A stretch of 64,000 nucleotides of DNA, taken from Candidatus Cloacimonadales bacterium. Its GTDB lineage: Bacteria > Cloacimonadota > Cloacimonadia > Cloacimonadales > JAFGVF01. The notes below the pieces were generated by a model, which did not search any database, had not been told where the DNA came from, and saw nothing but the letters and a program-made list of their open reading frames with translations. The translations under genes were made by a program, and so were the position numbers. Position 1 is the stretch's first letter; every line of letters begins with the position of its first letter. Shown one piece after another: positions 56,159 to 64,000 of the stretch. Where the stretch lies: NCBI GenBank assembly GCA_963663475.2, contig CAXXJV010000002.1, forward strand, positions 224,001-288,000. Direction: 5' to 3'.

Positions 56159-57386
56159 CCAAAAAAGTGTAGTAGCTCCTGCATCTAAAAGTTCTTCTTT
56201 GAGAGCACTAATCTGCTGTCTATTACACAAAGATCAAACTAGTCTTCAAATCAAGAATATTTCTTTATGCCAAGATGTTAAATCAGCTTTGCAAGTAATC
56301 AAGCAACTCAGAAGACAAGAGCAAACAATCACAGCTAGGGATTTAAAAATCGATTTTCTTAAGGGTATAAGTAATATTCAAAAACTTAAATTTAATGTAG
56401 GGGAATCTGGCTTTTTAGCTAGAAGTCTTGTAAGTATTGCTTGCTTGTTTTCCCAAGAATTTATAATAGAGGGATTAGCTAGTATTAATAGACGAAATTT
56501 AGGAATAAAACCTTTTGCCGATATCCTTGGTTTAGAAGCTCAATCATCTTACTTACCAGTTAAAATTAAAGGAATTATTGAAGGCAGAGATTATATTATC
56601 AATGAACACTCTTCTTCTCAATTTCTTTCAGGATTATTATTTACTTTACCCTTACTTGATAATGATTCAACTATTAAGATTGAACAAATGGTTAGCAGAC
56701 AGTATATCAATTTAACTCTTCATTATTTAACAAAGTGTAAAGTTAAGTATCTTGTGGAAGATAATAACTTGATTAAAATTCCTGGAAGGCAAGAGTATAA
56801 GTTCAATGAACTGACAGTAGAATCTGATTGGTCAAGTTTGCCTTATCTAATAGCTGTTGGCTTAATGCTAGGTGGACTTGTTATTGAGGATATAGTAGAT
56901 TCTCCTCACTCTCCTGATAGAGTTTTCTTAAATCTTCTTACTGAGATAGGTGGCAATTACACTTTTCAAGGAAATAATATTCTAAAAGTAGAGAAATCTC
57001 ATATTAAGGGATTCACTTTTGATTTAACCTCAAGTCCAGACTTAGCAGCAGTCCTAGTATCTCTTGCTTTAATAGCCACTAGTCCTTCTAAACTAACAAA
57101 CTGCTACAGATTAAGAAATAAGGAATCAGATAGATTAATAGCTTTGATGGATATGATAAGCTCGCTTGGGGCCCATTATATTTATGAAGATGATGCTTTA
57201 ACTATCTTTCCTCATGAACTCAAAGGAGGCCATATCAAAAGCTATGACGACCATAGAATAGCAATGTCAGCTCTAATCCTAAATGCCTTAGATTCTTGTA
57301 ATGTTACTGTTGATAATTATGATTGTATAGACAAGTCTTATCCAGATTTTATAACTGATATGAAGAAATTAGGAGTTAACCTATGA
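56148..57386 (+). CDS. aroA: EPSP synthase
   Basis: PASKS, SSQFLSGLL, RNKESDRL, DDHRIAM, KSYPDF. Confidence 0.92.
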   Translation: MQNNQKSVVAPASKSSSLRALICCLLHKDQTSLQIKNISLCQDVKSALQVIKQLRRQEQTITARDLKIDFLKGISNIQKLKFNVGESGFLARSLVSIACLFSQEFIIEGLASINRRNLGIKPFADILGLEAQSSYLPVKIKGIIEGRDYIINEHSSSQFLSGLLFTLPLLDNDSTIKIEQMVSRQYINLTLHYLTKCKVKYLVEDNNLIKIPGRQEYKFNELTVESDWSSLPYLIAVGLMLGGLVIEDIVDSPHSPDRVFLNLLTEIGGNYTFQGNNILKVEKSHIKGFTFDLTSSPDLAAVLVSLALIATSPSKLTNCYRLRNKESDRLIALMDMISSLGAHYIYEDDALTIFPHELKGGHIKSYDDHRIAMSALILNALDSCNVTVDNYDCIDKSYPDFITDMKKLGVNL

Positions 57387-58393
57387 ATAGTTTCGGAAGA
57401 ATGTTAAGAATTCAAGTATTTGGTGAATCACATGGAAGTGAGCTGGGAGTAATCCTTGATGGAGTTCCACCAGGTATCAAAATAGATAAGCAAGAATTGC
57501 AGAACTTTTTACAGAGAAGAAGACCTAATAAGCAGGGTACCACACCTAGAAAAGAAGCAGATATTGCAGATTTTAAATCTGGAATCATAGATGATTTTAC
57601 TAGCGGAGCTCCAATCCTTATTACCTTCGCCAATGCTAATGTTAGATCTGCTAACTACCAACAAATGCATGATATACCCAGACCTAATCATACTGATTTA
57701 GTTGCTCGTCAAAAGTATTTTGGTTACAATGAAATACGCGGAGGTGGTCACTTCTCAGGTAGGTTAACTCTTGGACTAGTTGCAGCTGGATTTATAGCTA
57801 AACAGATAATTCCAGAAGTTGATATCAAGGCTGAAATCTATGAAGTTGGTGGACAGAAGAATTATGAAGAGATTCTTCTTAAAGCTATTTCAAACAAGGA
57901 TTCCTTAGGAGGTGAAATTCATTGTAGAGTGACTAAAGTTCCCCTAGGCTTAGGTGATCCTTTCTTCAACTCTTTTGAATCCCAATTAGCCCACGCAATC
58001 TTTAGTATTCCAGGTGTTAAAGGTCTAAGCTTCGGACTTGGTAAATCTCCTGCCAAATCATTTGGTAGCGACTATAATGATAGCATTATTAACAGCAGTG
58101 GTAAGACAAAATCAAACAATTCTGGTGGATTAGTAGGTGGACTTACCAACGGTAATGATATTGAATTTTCTGTGATTATCAAACCAACATCTAGTATTGG
58201 TAAACAGCAAGAAAGTTATAGTTTTTCTCAAGATAAACCTGTCAAATTCAATATCCCAGGAAGGCATGATGTTTGCTTTGCCTTAAGAGTTCCTGTAATT
58301 ATTGAAGCAGTTACAGCTCTTGTTATGGCAGATTTCTACCTACAAAGGTTAAGTGAGGTGGCTGAATATGAGTCTAGAAAAAATCAGAGATGA
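57383..58393 (+). CDS. aroC: Chorismate synthase
   Basis: FGESHG, PRPNH, GGHFSGRLT, NNSGG..GG.TNG, KPTSSI, GRHDVC. Confidence 0.95.
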   Translation: MNSFGRMLRIQVFGESHGSELGVILDGVPPGIKIDKQELQNFLQRRRPNKQGTTPRKEADIADFKSGIIDDFTSGAPILITFANANVRSANYQQMHDIPRPNHTDLVARQKYFGYNEIRGGGHFSGRLTLGLVAAGFIAKQIIPEVDIKAEIYEVGGQKNYEEILLKAISNKDSLGGEIHCRVTKVPLGLGDPFFNSFESQLAHAIFSIPGVKGLSFGLGKSPAKSFGSDYNDSIINSSGKTKSNNSGGLVGGLTNGNDIEFSVIIKPTSSIGKQQESYSFSQDKPVKFNIPGRHDVCFALRVPVIIEAVTALVMADFYLQRLSEVAEYESRKNQR

Positions 58394-58616
58394 TATCGAT
58401 AAACTAGATAGAAAGCTAGTTGAACTCTTACGAGCAAGAATGGATTTAGCGATAAAATCTAAAAAATATAAAAAAGAAATTGAAGATTTAGATAGAGAAA
58501 GGCAAGTCTTAAAAAACTTAAAATTATTAGCCCAGAAATATAATCTTGATAGTAATTACATAATGAGCATTTACCAGCTAATTTTTGAAGAAGGTAAAAA
58601 GCAACAAAAAGGATGA
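58368..58616 (+). CDS. Chorismate mutase (AroQ type)
   Basis: LEKIRDDIDKLDRKLVELLRAR...K...DLDRE; last gene of the aro operon. Confidence 0.88.
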   Translation: MSLEKIRDDIDKLDRKLVELLRARMDLAIKSKKYKKEIEDLDRERQVLKNLKLLAQKYNLDSNYIMSIYQLIFEEGKKQQKG

Positions 58617-58670
58617 TTCCATTCTTATCTTCATTTATTTGCTAGATTGCAAATAAAATTAAATTAAATA

Positions 58671-58698
58671 TTGACAGTTATTGAACTTCTTTTAAAAT
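58671..58698 (+). promoter_or_regulatory. Sigma70-type promoter
   Basis: TTGACA-N16-TAAAAT upstream of the DUF3467 gene. Confidence 0.55.
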
Positions 58699-58729
58699 TA
58701 ACAAATTGAATATTTCGAGAGGAGAACTA

Positions 58730-59035
58730 ATGCAAAATAAGAAGCAAATTAATTTAAAATTAGATGAAAAAGTAGGAGAGGGAGTCTATTCTAACCTCGT
58801 GGTTATCTCACACAACCAATCAGAATTTATAATTGACTTTGGTAGACTTCTACCAGGACTCCAAGATGCTAAGATACTCAGTAGAATTATTAAAACACCT
58901 CAACATGCAAAACAATTTCTAAACTCTCTACAGAAGAATATTGATAACTATGAAAAACAATATGGTGAGATTGTTGTAAAAGGTTTACCAGAAAATAACA
59001 AGTCTATTGGTTTTACTAATAAGAAAGAAGACTAA
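58730..59035 (+). CDS. DUF3467 family protein
   Basis: GVYSNLVVISHNQSEFIIDF, RII.TPQHAK...L..NI.NYEKQYGEI. Confidence 0.85.
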   Translation: MQNKKQINLKLDEKVGEGVYSNLVVISHNQSEFIIDFGRLLPGLQDAKILSRIIKTPQHAKQFLNSLQKNIDNYEKQYGEIVVKGLPENNKSIGFTNKKED

Positions 59036-59225
59036 TTCTATAAATATAAAAAGTTGCAGTATTTATTTGTCATTATAATCAAAGACTATTTTTCAAGATC
59101 AAGAAAAAAATATGGTCATTCAATTAAATACTTGACTTATTAAGATAAAAATAAGATATTGCACTGATTAAAATTAAAAATGAAAGTATATTATAAAAAT
59201 TTATTAATACATGAGGGAGTTATCG

Positions 59226-60788
59226 ATGAGAAATTCAACATTTAACAGAATCTTGATAGCAGTTTTCTTAATTGCTACTGCATATTTTGTATATGTGATG
59301 TTCGATAATGACTCACCGTTAAATTTTGCCGAAAAGAAGTTAAACTTAGGGCTTGATTTAGCTGGTGGCTCATACTTTGTTTTAGAAGTGGACACTTCTG
59401 AATTAGAAGGAACATCTGAGATTGAGAAAGCTTTAGATTCAAATATTGAAGTTATTCGAAACCGCGTGGATAAATTTGGACTTACCGAGCCAGTTATCCA
59501 AAAGAAAGGAACAAAACAGATTATTGTACAGCTTCCAGGAGTTAAAGATCCTGCTAGAGCAAAAAAACTATTAGGGCAAACAGCTCTTTTAGAATTCAAA
59601 ATTGTAGCTAATGACTTTAGAACTAGACGTGCTTTAGGCGAAATTGACAAATATTTTGCTAAAAATAGTATGAATCAAATTAAAGAAATTAGTAAAGAAG
59701 CTAATATTGCTGACCCAACAGAAGAACAAGCTAAAGAACCATTCTCAACTTATATCGTTTCTAATGGTTTTATCCGCAGTGAATTTGTTGATTTTATGAG
59801 ACCATTTACTGATTCACTCTTTGCCAAAAATAGAGTATTATCAGGTAATCATCAGTTAGCATTAATGAAATCTGATGAAGAAATGAGATTAACACGTGGA
59901 GTACCATTTGTAATTATTAATTCTAAACCTGAGTTAGATGGTTCTGTATTAAAACAAGCTTCTTGGAGATTTGCTGAATCTTCATCAACCCAATTGAGAT
60001 CTTCTTCATCTCCTGAAATCAACTTAGAATTTGATAGAGAAGGAGCAGATTTATTTGCAAAGGTTACTGGTGATAATGTTGGAAGACAATTAGCTATAGT
60101 TTTAGATAATATAGTTTATTCAGCTCCAAATATTTCAGGAAGAATTCCTGGTGGTAGAGCTGTGATTACTGGTTCTTTCTCAGTTACAGAAGCAGAAGAC
60201 CTTACTAATATTCTTAATAATGGTTCTTTAAAAGCTCCATTAAAGATAGCTCAAGAAAGTACAGTAGGTCCTTCATTGGGTAAAGATAGTATTGAAAAAG
60301 GTAAGATGGCAGGAATTATTGGTTTAGCAGTTATCTTCATATTTATGCTTGTATATTATAAAGTTGCAGGTATTTATGCTAATATTGCTTTAATCTTTAA
60401 TATTTTATTCATCTTAGGTATGCTTACCATGTTTGGTGCTGCCTTAACAATGCCTGGTATCGCTGGTATTATTCTTACAATTGGTATGGCAGTTGATGCA
60501 AACGTACTTATTTTTGAAAGAATTAAAGAAGAATTAAAGATTGGAAAATCAGTTAATTCAGCAATTGAAGCTGGCTTTAATAGAGCTGTTATTACAATTA
60601 CTGATGCAAATATCACAACCCTTATCGCTGCAGTAGTTCTTTATAGCTTTGGTAGTGGAGCTATTAGAGGTTTTGCAGTTACCTTAATGATTGGTATTAT
60701 TGGTTCAATGTTCTCTGCTATTGTTTTAGTAAGATCAATGTTCAATACATTCATTGTTGGTAAGAAAAAAGATAAGCTTAGTATCTAA
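59226..60788 (+). CDS. secD: Protein translocase subunit SecD
   Basis: LGLDLAGG, IRNRVDKFG..EP, IIVQLPG, VGPSLG, GMAVDANVLIFERIKEE. Confidence 0.97.
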   Translation: MRNSTFNRILIAVFLIATAYFVYVMFDNDSPLNFAEKKLNLGLDLAGGSYFVLEVDTSELEGTSEIEKALDSNIEVIRNRVDKFGLTEPVIQKKGTKQIIVQLPGVKDPARAKKLLGQTALLEFKIVANDFRTRRALGEIDKYFAKNSMNQIKEISKEANIADPTEEQAKEPFSTYIVSNGFIRSEFVDFMRPFTDSLFAKNRVLSGNHQLALMKSDEEMRLTRGVPFVIINSKPELDGSVLKQASWRFAESSSTQLRSSSSPEINLEFDREGADLFAKVTGDNVGRQLAIVLDNIVYSAPNISGRIPGGRAVITGSFSVTEAEDLTNILNNGSLKAPLKIAQESTVGPSLGKDSIEKGKMAGIIGLAVIFIFMLVYYKVAGIYANIALIFNILFILGMLTMFGAALTMPGIAGIILTIGMAVDANVLIFERIKEELKIGKSVNSAIEAGFNRAVITITDANITTLIAAVVLYSFGSGAIRGFAVTLMIGIIGSMFSAIVLVRSMFNTFIVGKKKDKLSI

Positions 60789-60799
60789 GGGAGAAATAA

Positions 60800-61807
60800 A
60801 TGGAAAAATTTAACTTTATACATAACCGTAAAATAACATATATTATTTCAACCATATTAGTTCTTGTAAGTATAGCTTCTTTAATTTTTATTGGTCCTAA
60901 TTGGTCAATTGACTTTACTGGTGGTCAGCAGATCATGGTAAAGATTGATCCTCTTAATCCAGATTTAGAGCAAATTAGTGTTGATGAAGTTAGAAGCGCT
61001 CTTGAAAAAGAGGGAATTGCAGATGCTGTAATTCAAAAACTCACTTACAAAATTGCTGATTCAGATAAAGAGATTAGTGATGGTGGAGAAAAAAGAAATG
61101 TAAAATCAGCTCTTTTCCTAATTAAAACTAGAGAAGCTGAAGAGATAGAAGGAAGTGATGAAGGATTAGGACAATCTGACATCCTTAGTGCTATTAGTAA
61201 AAACATCAAGGAATATAAAATTGATGACCAAGCTACTAATATTGAAATTGTGTCTGGATCAATTGGTAAAGAACTTAAGAGCAAGGCTTTTAACTCAGTT
61301 ATTATCGCTTTAGTTCTTATGGTTATATACATTGGTATTAGATTCCAGTTTAATTTTGGTATTGCAGCTATTATTGCTCTTTTCCATGATGTTATCATTG
61401 TGTTAGGCGTATTTAGCATCTTAGGTTTAGACCTTTCAGCTGCTATTATTGCTGCTATTCTTTCAATTGTGGGTTATTCTATTAATGATACTATTGTTGT
61501 ATTTGATAGAATTAGAGAAGACATGAGAAAGAGAAAGAGTGGTCAGGACTTAGACAATGTTTTCAATATTGCTATTAATAGAACAATCAGCAGAACTATT
61601 ATTACATCTGTAACTACATTAATTGCAGCTGTTTCTCTTTATGTTTTTGCTGGTATTGTTATCAGAGATTTTGCTTTTGCAATTATTATAGGTACTTTAA
61701 TTGGTACTTATTCATCAATCTTTGTTGCTAGTCCTATTGTGCTTGACTACTTCCATTCAAAACACAATGATTCTCACGTATTTAGTAGAATCTTAAAAAA
61801 GAATTAA
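60800..61807 (+). CDS. secF: Protein translocase subunit SecF
   Basis: IDFTGG, ALFHD, GYSINDTIVVFDRIRE, GTYSSIFVA. Confidence 0.97.
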   Translation: MEKFNFIHNRKITYIISTILVLVSIASLIFIGPNWSIDFTGGQQIMVKIDPLNPDLEQISVDEVRSALEKEGIADAVIQKLTYKIADSDKEISDGGEKRNVKSALFLIKTREAEEIEGSDEGLGQSDILSAISKNIKEYKIDDQATNIEIVSGSIGKELKSKAFNSVIIALVLMVIYIGIRFQFNFGIAAIIALFHDVIIVLGVFSILGLDLSAAIIAAILSIVGYSINDTIVVFDRIREDMRKRKSGQDLDNVFNIAINRTISRTIITSVTTLIAAVSLYVFAGIVIRDFAFAIIIGTLIGTYSSIFVASPIVLDYFHSKHNDSHVFSRILKKN

Positions 61808-61839
61808 TTAGAAATTTAATTTTCTAAAAGATATTGTAT

Positions 61840-61873
61840 AAGAGCTAAGTTTATTTCTTAGCTCTTTTTTTTT
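61840..61873 (+). terminator. Intrinsic terminator after secF
   Basis: aagagctaag-N7-cttagctctt + T run. Confidence 0.85.
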
Positions 61874-62038
61874 ATCACAATAGTGTAGTAGAACTTTCGT
61901 GTAGAGTACAGATTATTCTAGCAAAATAGCTTATATAATTTTGACCTATATAATATATATATTCCTGAAAATTATGTAGCTTACTTTTGCAAAAGAAGAT
62001 AGTGCTATTCGCAAAGGTCTACTGCATTATTTGGACTT
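61874..62038 (-). repeat. Repeat family A full copy (reverse orientation)
   Basis: 61948-62012 is the exact reverse complement of 63354-63418. Confidence 0.92.
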
Positions 62039-62119
62039 ATAGAAAATATTCCTATCTTGAAGATTTTATTTGACCACAAACTCTAAGATAAAAGTATGAC
62101 CAAAAAAAGGGAAGGGAAA

Positions 62120-63331
62120 ATGGACTCATTAAAAAATTTGTATAAAATTGGCTTTGGACCCTCTAGTAGTCACACTATGGGACCAAGTAATGCTGCCTTA
62201 AGATTTAAAGAAGAGAATAATCAGGCTTATAAAATTGTTATTATCCTATATGGTTCTTTGGCAGCTACTGGCAAGGGCCACTTAACAGATAAAGCAATTA
62301 TGGAAATTATCAAGCCTATGGAATGTGAGATAATTTGGAAAGATAATGAATTTTTACCTCAACATCCTAATGGACTTAAGTTACAAGCTTATGATAAAGA
62401 AGATAAATTACTAAATGAAGAAACAGTTTATAGTATTGGCGGAGGGGCACTTCTCTATGAGGGACAAGTTGCCAAGTATGAATCATTCTATCCCTATCAA
62501 ACTATGGAAGAAATAATCACTTACTGCCAAAAAACAGGAAAATCCTTTTGGGAATATGTCTTTGAAAATGAAGATTACGATCTAAGTAACTATCTTACAG
62601 AAGTTTGGCATGTTATGAAAAAGGCAGTAGAAAGGGGACTCATAACTGAAGGTGTTTTACCAGGTGGACTTGGGGTTGCTAGAAAAGCTTATCAATACCA
62701 CAGGAAGGCACAGATAATGGGTAAACACTACAAACAATCTGGATATCTATATGCTTATGCTTTAGCTGTTGCTGAAGAAAATGCTTCGGCAAGTATGGTT
62801 GTGACTGCTCCAACCTGTGGTTCATCAGGTGTTTTACCTGGGATGCTCTATTTTTTACAAGAAGATATGCACCTAAGAGATGAAGAAATCATTAAAGCTC
62901 TTGCAACTGCTGGACTGGTAGGAAATTTAGTTAAACATAATGCCTCAATATCTGGGGCAGAAGTGGGTTGTCAAGGTGAGATAGGAACAGCCTGTTCAAT
63001 GGCTGCAGCAGCTGCCACACAATTAATGGGTGGGTCTATTCGCCAAATTGAATATGCAGCAGAAATAGGTCTGGAACATAATTTAGGATTGACCTGTGAT
63101 CCTATCTGTGGATTAGTGCAGATTCCTTGTATTGAAAGAAATGCTTTTGCTGTAAGATCAGCAATGTCTGCTTCAATCTATGCTCTATTTTCAGATGGAA
63201 CACATTTTGTAAAGTTTGATGAAGTGGTAAGAGTAATGAAACAGACTGGTCATGATATTCCATCTTTATATAAAGAGACTTCAGGTGGTGGTTTAGCTTT
63301 AGAATATAGTAAGCGAGATAAACCCAAATAA
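62120..63331 (+). CDS. sdaA: Fe-S L-serine dehydratase, single-chain form
   Basis: IGFGPSSSHTMGP, LYGSLAATGKGH, APTCGSSG, GAEVGCQGE, LGLTCDP..GLVQIPCIERN. Confidence 0.95.
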   Translation: MDSLKNLYKIGFGPSSSHTMGPSNAALRFKEENNQAYKIVIILYGSLAATGKGHLTDKAIMEIIKPMECEIIWKDNEFLPQHPNGLKLQAYDKEDKLLNEETVYSIGGGALLYEGQVAKYESFYPYQTMEEIITYCQKTGKSFWEYVFENEDYDLSNYLTEVWHVMKKAVERGLITEGVLPGGLGVARKAYQYHRKAQIMGKHYKQSGYLYAYALAVAEENASASMVVTAPTCGSSGVLPGMLYFLQEDMHLRDEEIIKALATAGLVGNLVKHNASISGAEVGCQGEIGTACSMAAAAATQLMGGSIRQIEYAAEIGLEHNLGLTCDPICGLVQIPCIERNAFAVRSAMSASIYALFSDGTHFVKFDEVVRVMKQTGHDIPSLYKETSGGGLALEYSKRDKPK

Positions 63332-63494
63332 TGCAGTAGAATTTAAGGAAAAAGCGAATAGCACTATCTTCTTTTGCAAAAGTAAGCTACATAATTTTCA
63401 GGAATATATATATTATATGCCTTCAAATTCTGTAACTTATTTTGCTAAAAGAATCTAGCACTCTTCATCAAAGTTCTACTGCACCATTCGGGAT
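63321..63494 (+). repeat. Repeat family A full copy; supplies the sdaA stop codon
   Basis: aacccaaataatgcagtagaa...aagttctactgcaccattcgggat terminal inverted repeats with nested inner inverted repeat. Confidence 0.92.
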
Positions 63495-63602
63495 AAAAGG
63501 ATTTAGTTGTTTTTAGCTAAGGATATTTAAAGCTCTACTGAAAGCTTGGGATTAAACCTAAACTTTCCCAGAAAAATAAAAGATTCTCTTGTTTCATCAT
63601 TT

Positions 63603-63665
63603 ATCCTTCCTTTACGGTCTTTCGATGAAAGTCCGCTTTTCATCGAAAGACTGTAAAGGAAGGAT
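63603..63665. repeat. Repeat family B copy: 28-bp inverted repeat with one G-T pair
   Basis: atccttcctttacggtctttcgatgaaa-gtccgct-tttcatcgaaagactgtaaaggaaggat. Confidence 0.9.
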
Positions 63666-63671
63666 TAGGGA

Positions 63672-63998
63672 TCATAAGGGGGTATTTGAAATTTTATTAG
63701 CTTTATTTTTACTCACTGCTTGAATTTCTTCCTGGATAGGATATGTGAGAAATTCAGAAACTGGAACAAGTTTGTAACCCATGAGAGAAGCTTGCTGGAT
63801 GAAGTAATTCAGTGATGTTTGCCTTTGTAAAGTACTTGCATGAGTAATTACCAAAATATCTTTACCTTCTTGAGAGTATTTAGATAATTTAGTTAAATAA
63901 TGTTCAACTGTTTCTATTGATGCATCTGGAACATCAAGGAAGATATTTCTTTTTGCACTTGGAATTCCAAGCTCAAGAGCTAAATCATAGGCTAGACT
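63672..63998 (-). CDS. 3' part of a divergent polysaccharide deacetylase family protein (5'-truncated by the window edge)
   Basis: Open frame from the window end: SLAYDLALELGIPSAKRNIFLD...VITH...GYKLVPVSEF. Confidence 0.75.
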   Translation of the reverse strand, partial: SLAYDLALELGIPSAKRNIFLDVPDASIETVEHYLTKLSKYSQEGKDILVITHASTLQRQTSLNYFIQQASLMGYKLVPVSEFLTYPIQEEIQAVSKNKANKISNTPL

Positions 63999-64000
63999 AT

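Noticed and set aside
59204-61419. Antisense ORFs inside secD/secF, and similar ones inside purL, nrdD, aro genes and the NRPS
   Set aside because: Opposite-strand or off-frame shadows of well-supported genes with no motifs
15022-63665. Families A, B and D as CRISPR repeats
   Set aside because: Copies are dispersed, not regularly spaced by unique spacers, and no cas genes are present

Overview
Low-GC, gene-dense chromosomal segment of a diderm, probably anaerobic bacterium. Four secreted proteins with 'YPNPFNPxTxI...IYNxKGQxV...SGxY' C-terminal domains, plus kdsA/kdsC/lpt genes and class III RNR, suggest an FCB-group lineage such as Cloacimonadota (inference). Most genes are housekeeping: purL, tag, kdsAC-lptCA, DUF4390-NtrY/NtrX-like, nrdD, lemA-TPM-TPM, gcvPAB, serS, tpiA, a shikimate operon, secDF and sdaA. 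Four things stand out. (1) A 2-module NRPS with an unusual A-T-C-F-(C remnant)-A-T-TE layout, an internal formyltransferase and a Cys-nucleophile thioesterase (GWCYG), convergent on an Sfp PPTase and a Cys-cluster histidine kinase. (2) A very abundant modular hairpin/MITE-like repeat family (about 14 copies or fragments) with compensatory base changes. It supplies stop codons, sits in 5' UTRs and inside other hairpins, and brackets sdaA as inverted copies. Two further palindromic repeat families also occur. (3) A complete sigma54 promoter with tandem enhancer palindromes in front of an unusual PDZ/beta-barrel gene next to an NtrYX-like system. (4) Paralogous GLUG-repeat surface proteins with an inserted CBM5/12-like module. 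No rRNA, tRNA, CRISPR array, integrase or transposase was recognised.
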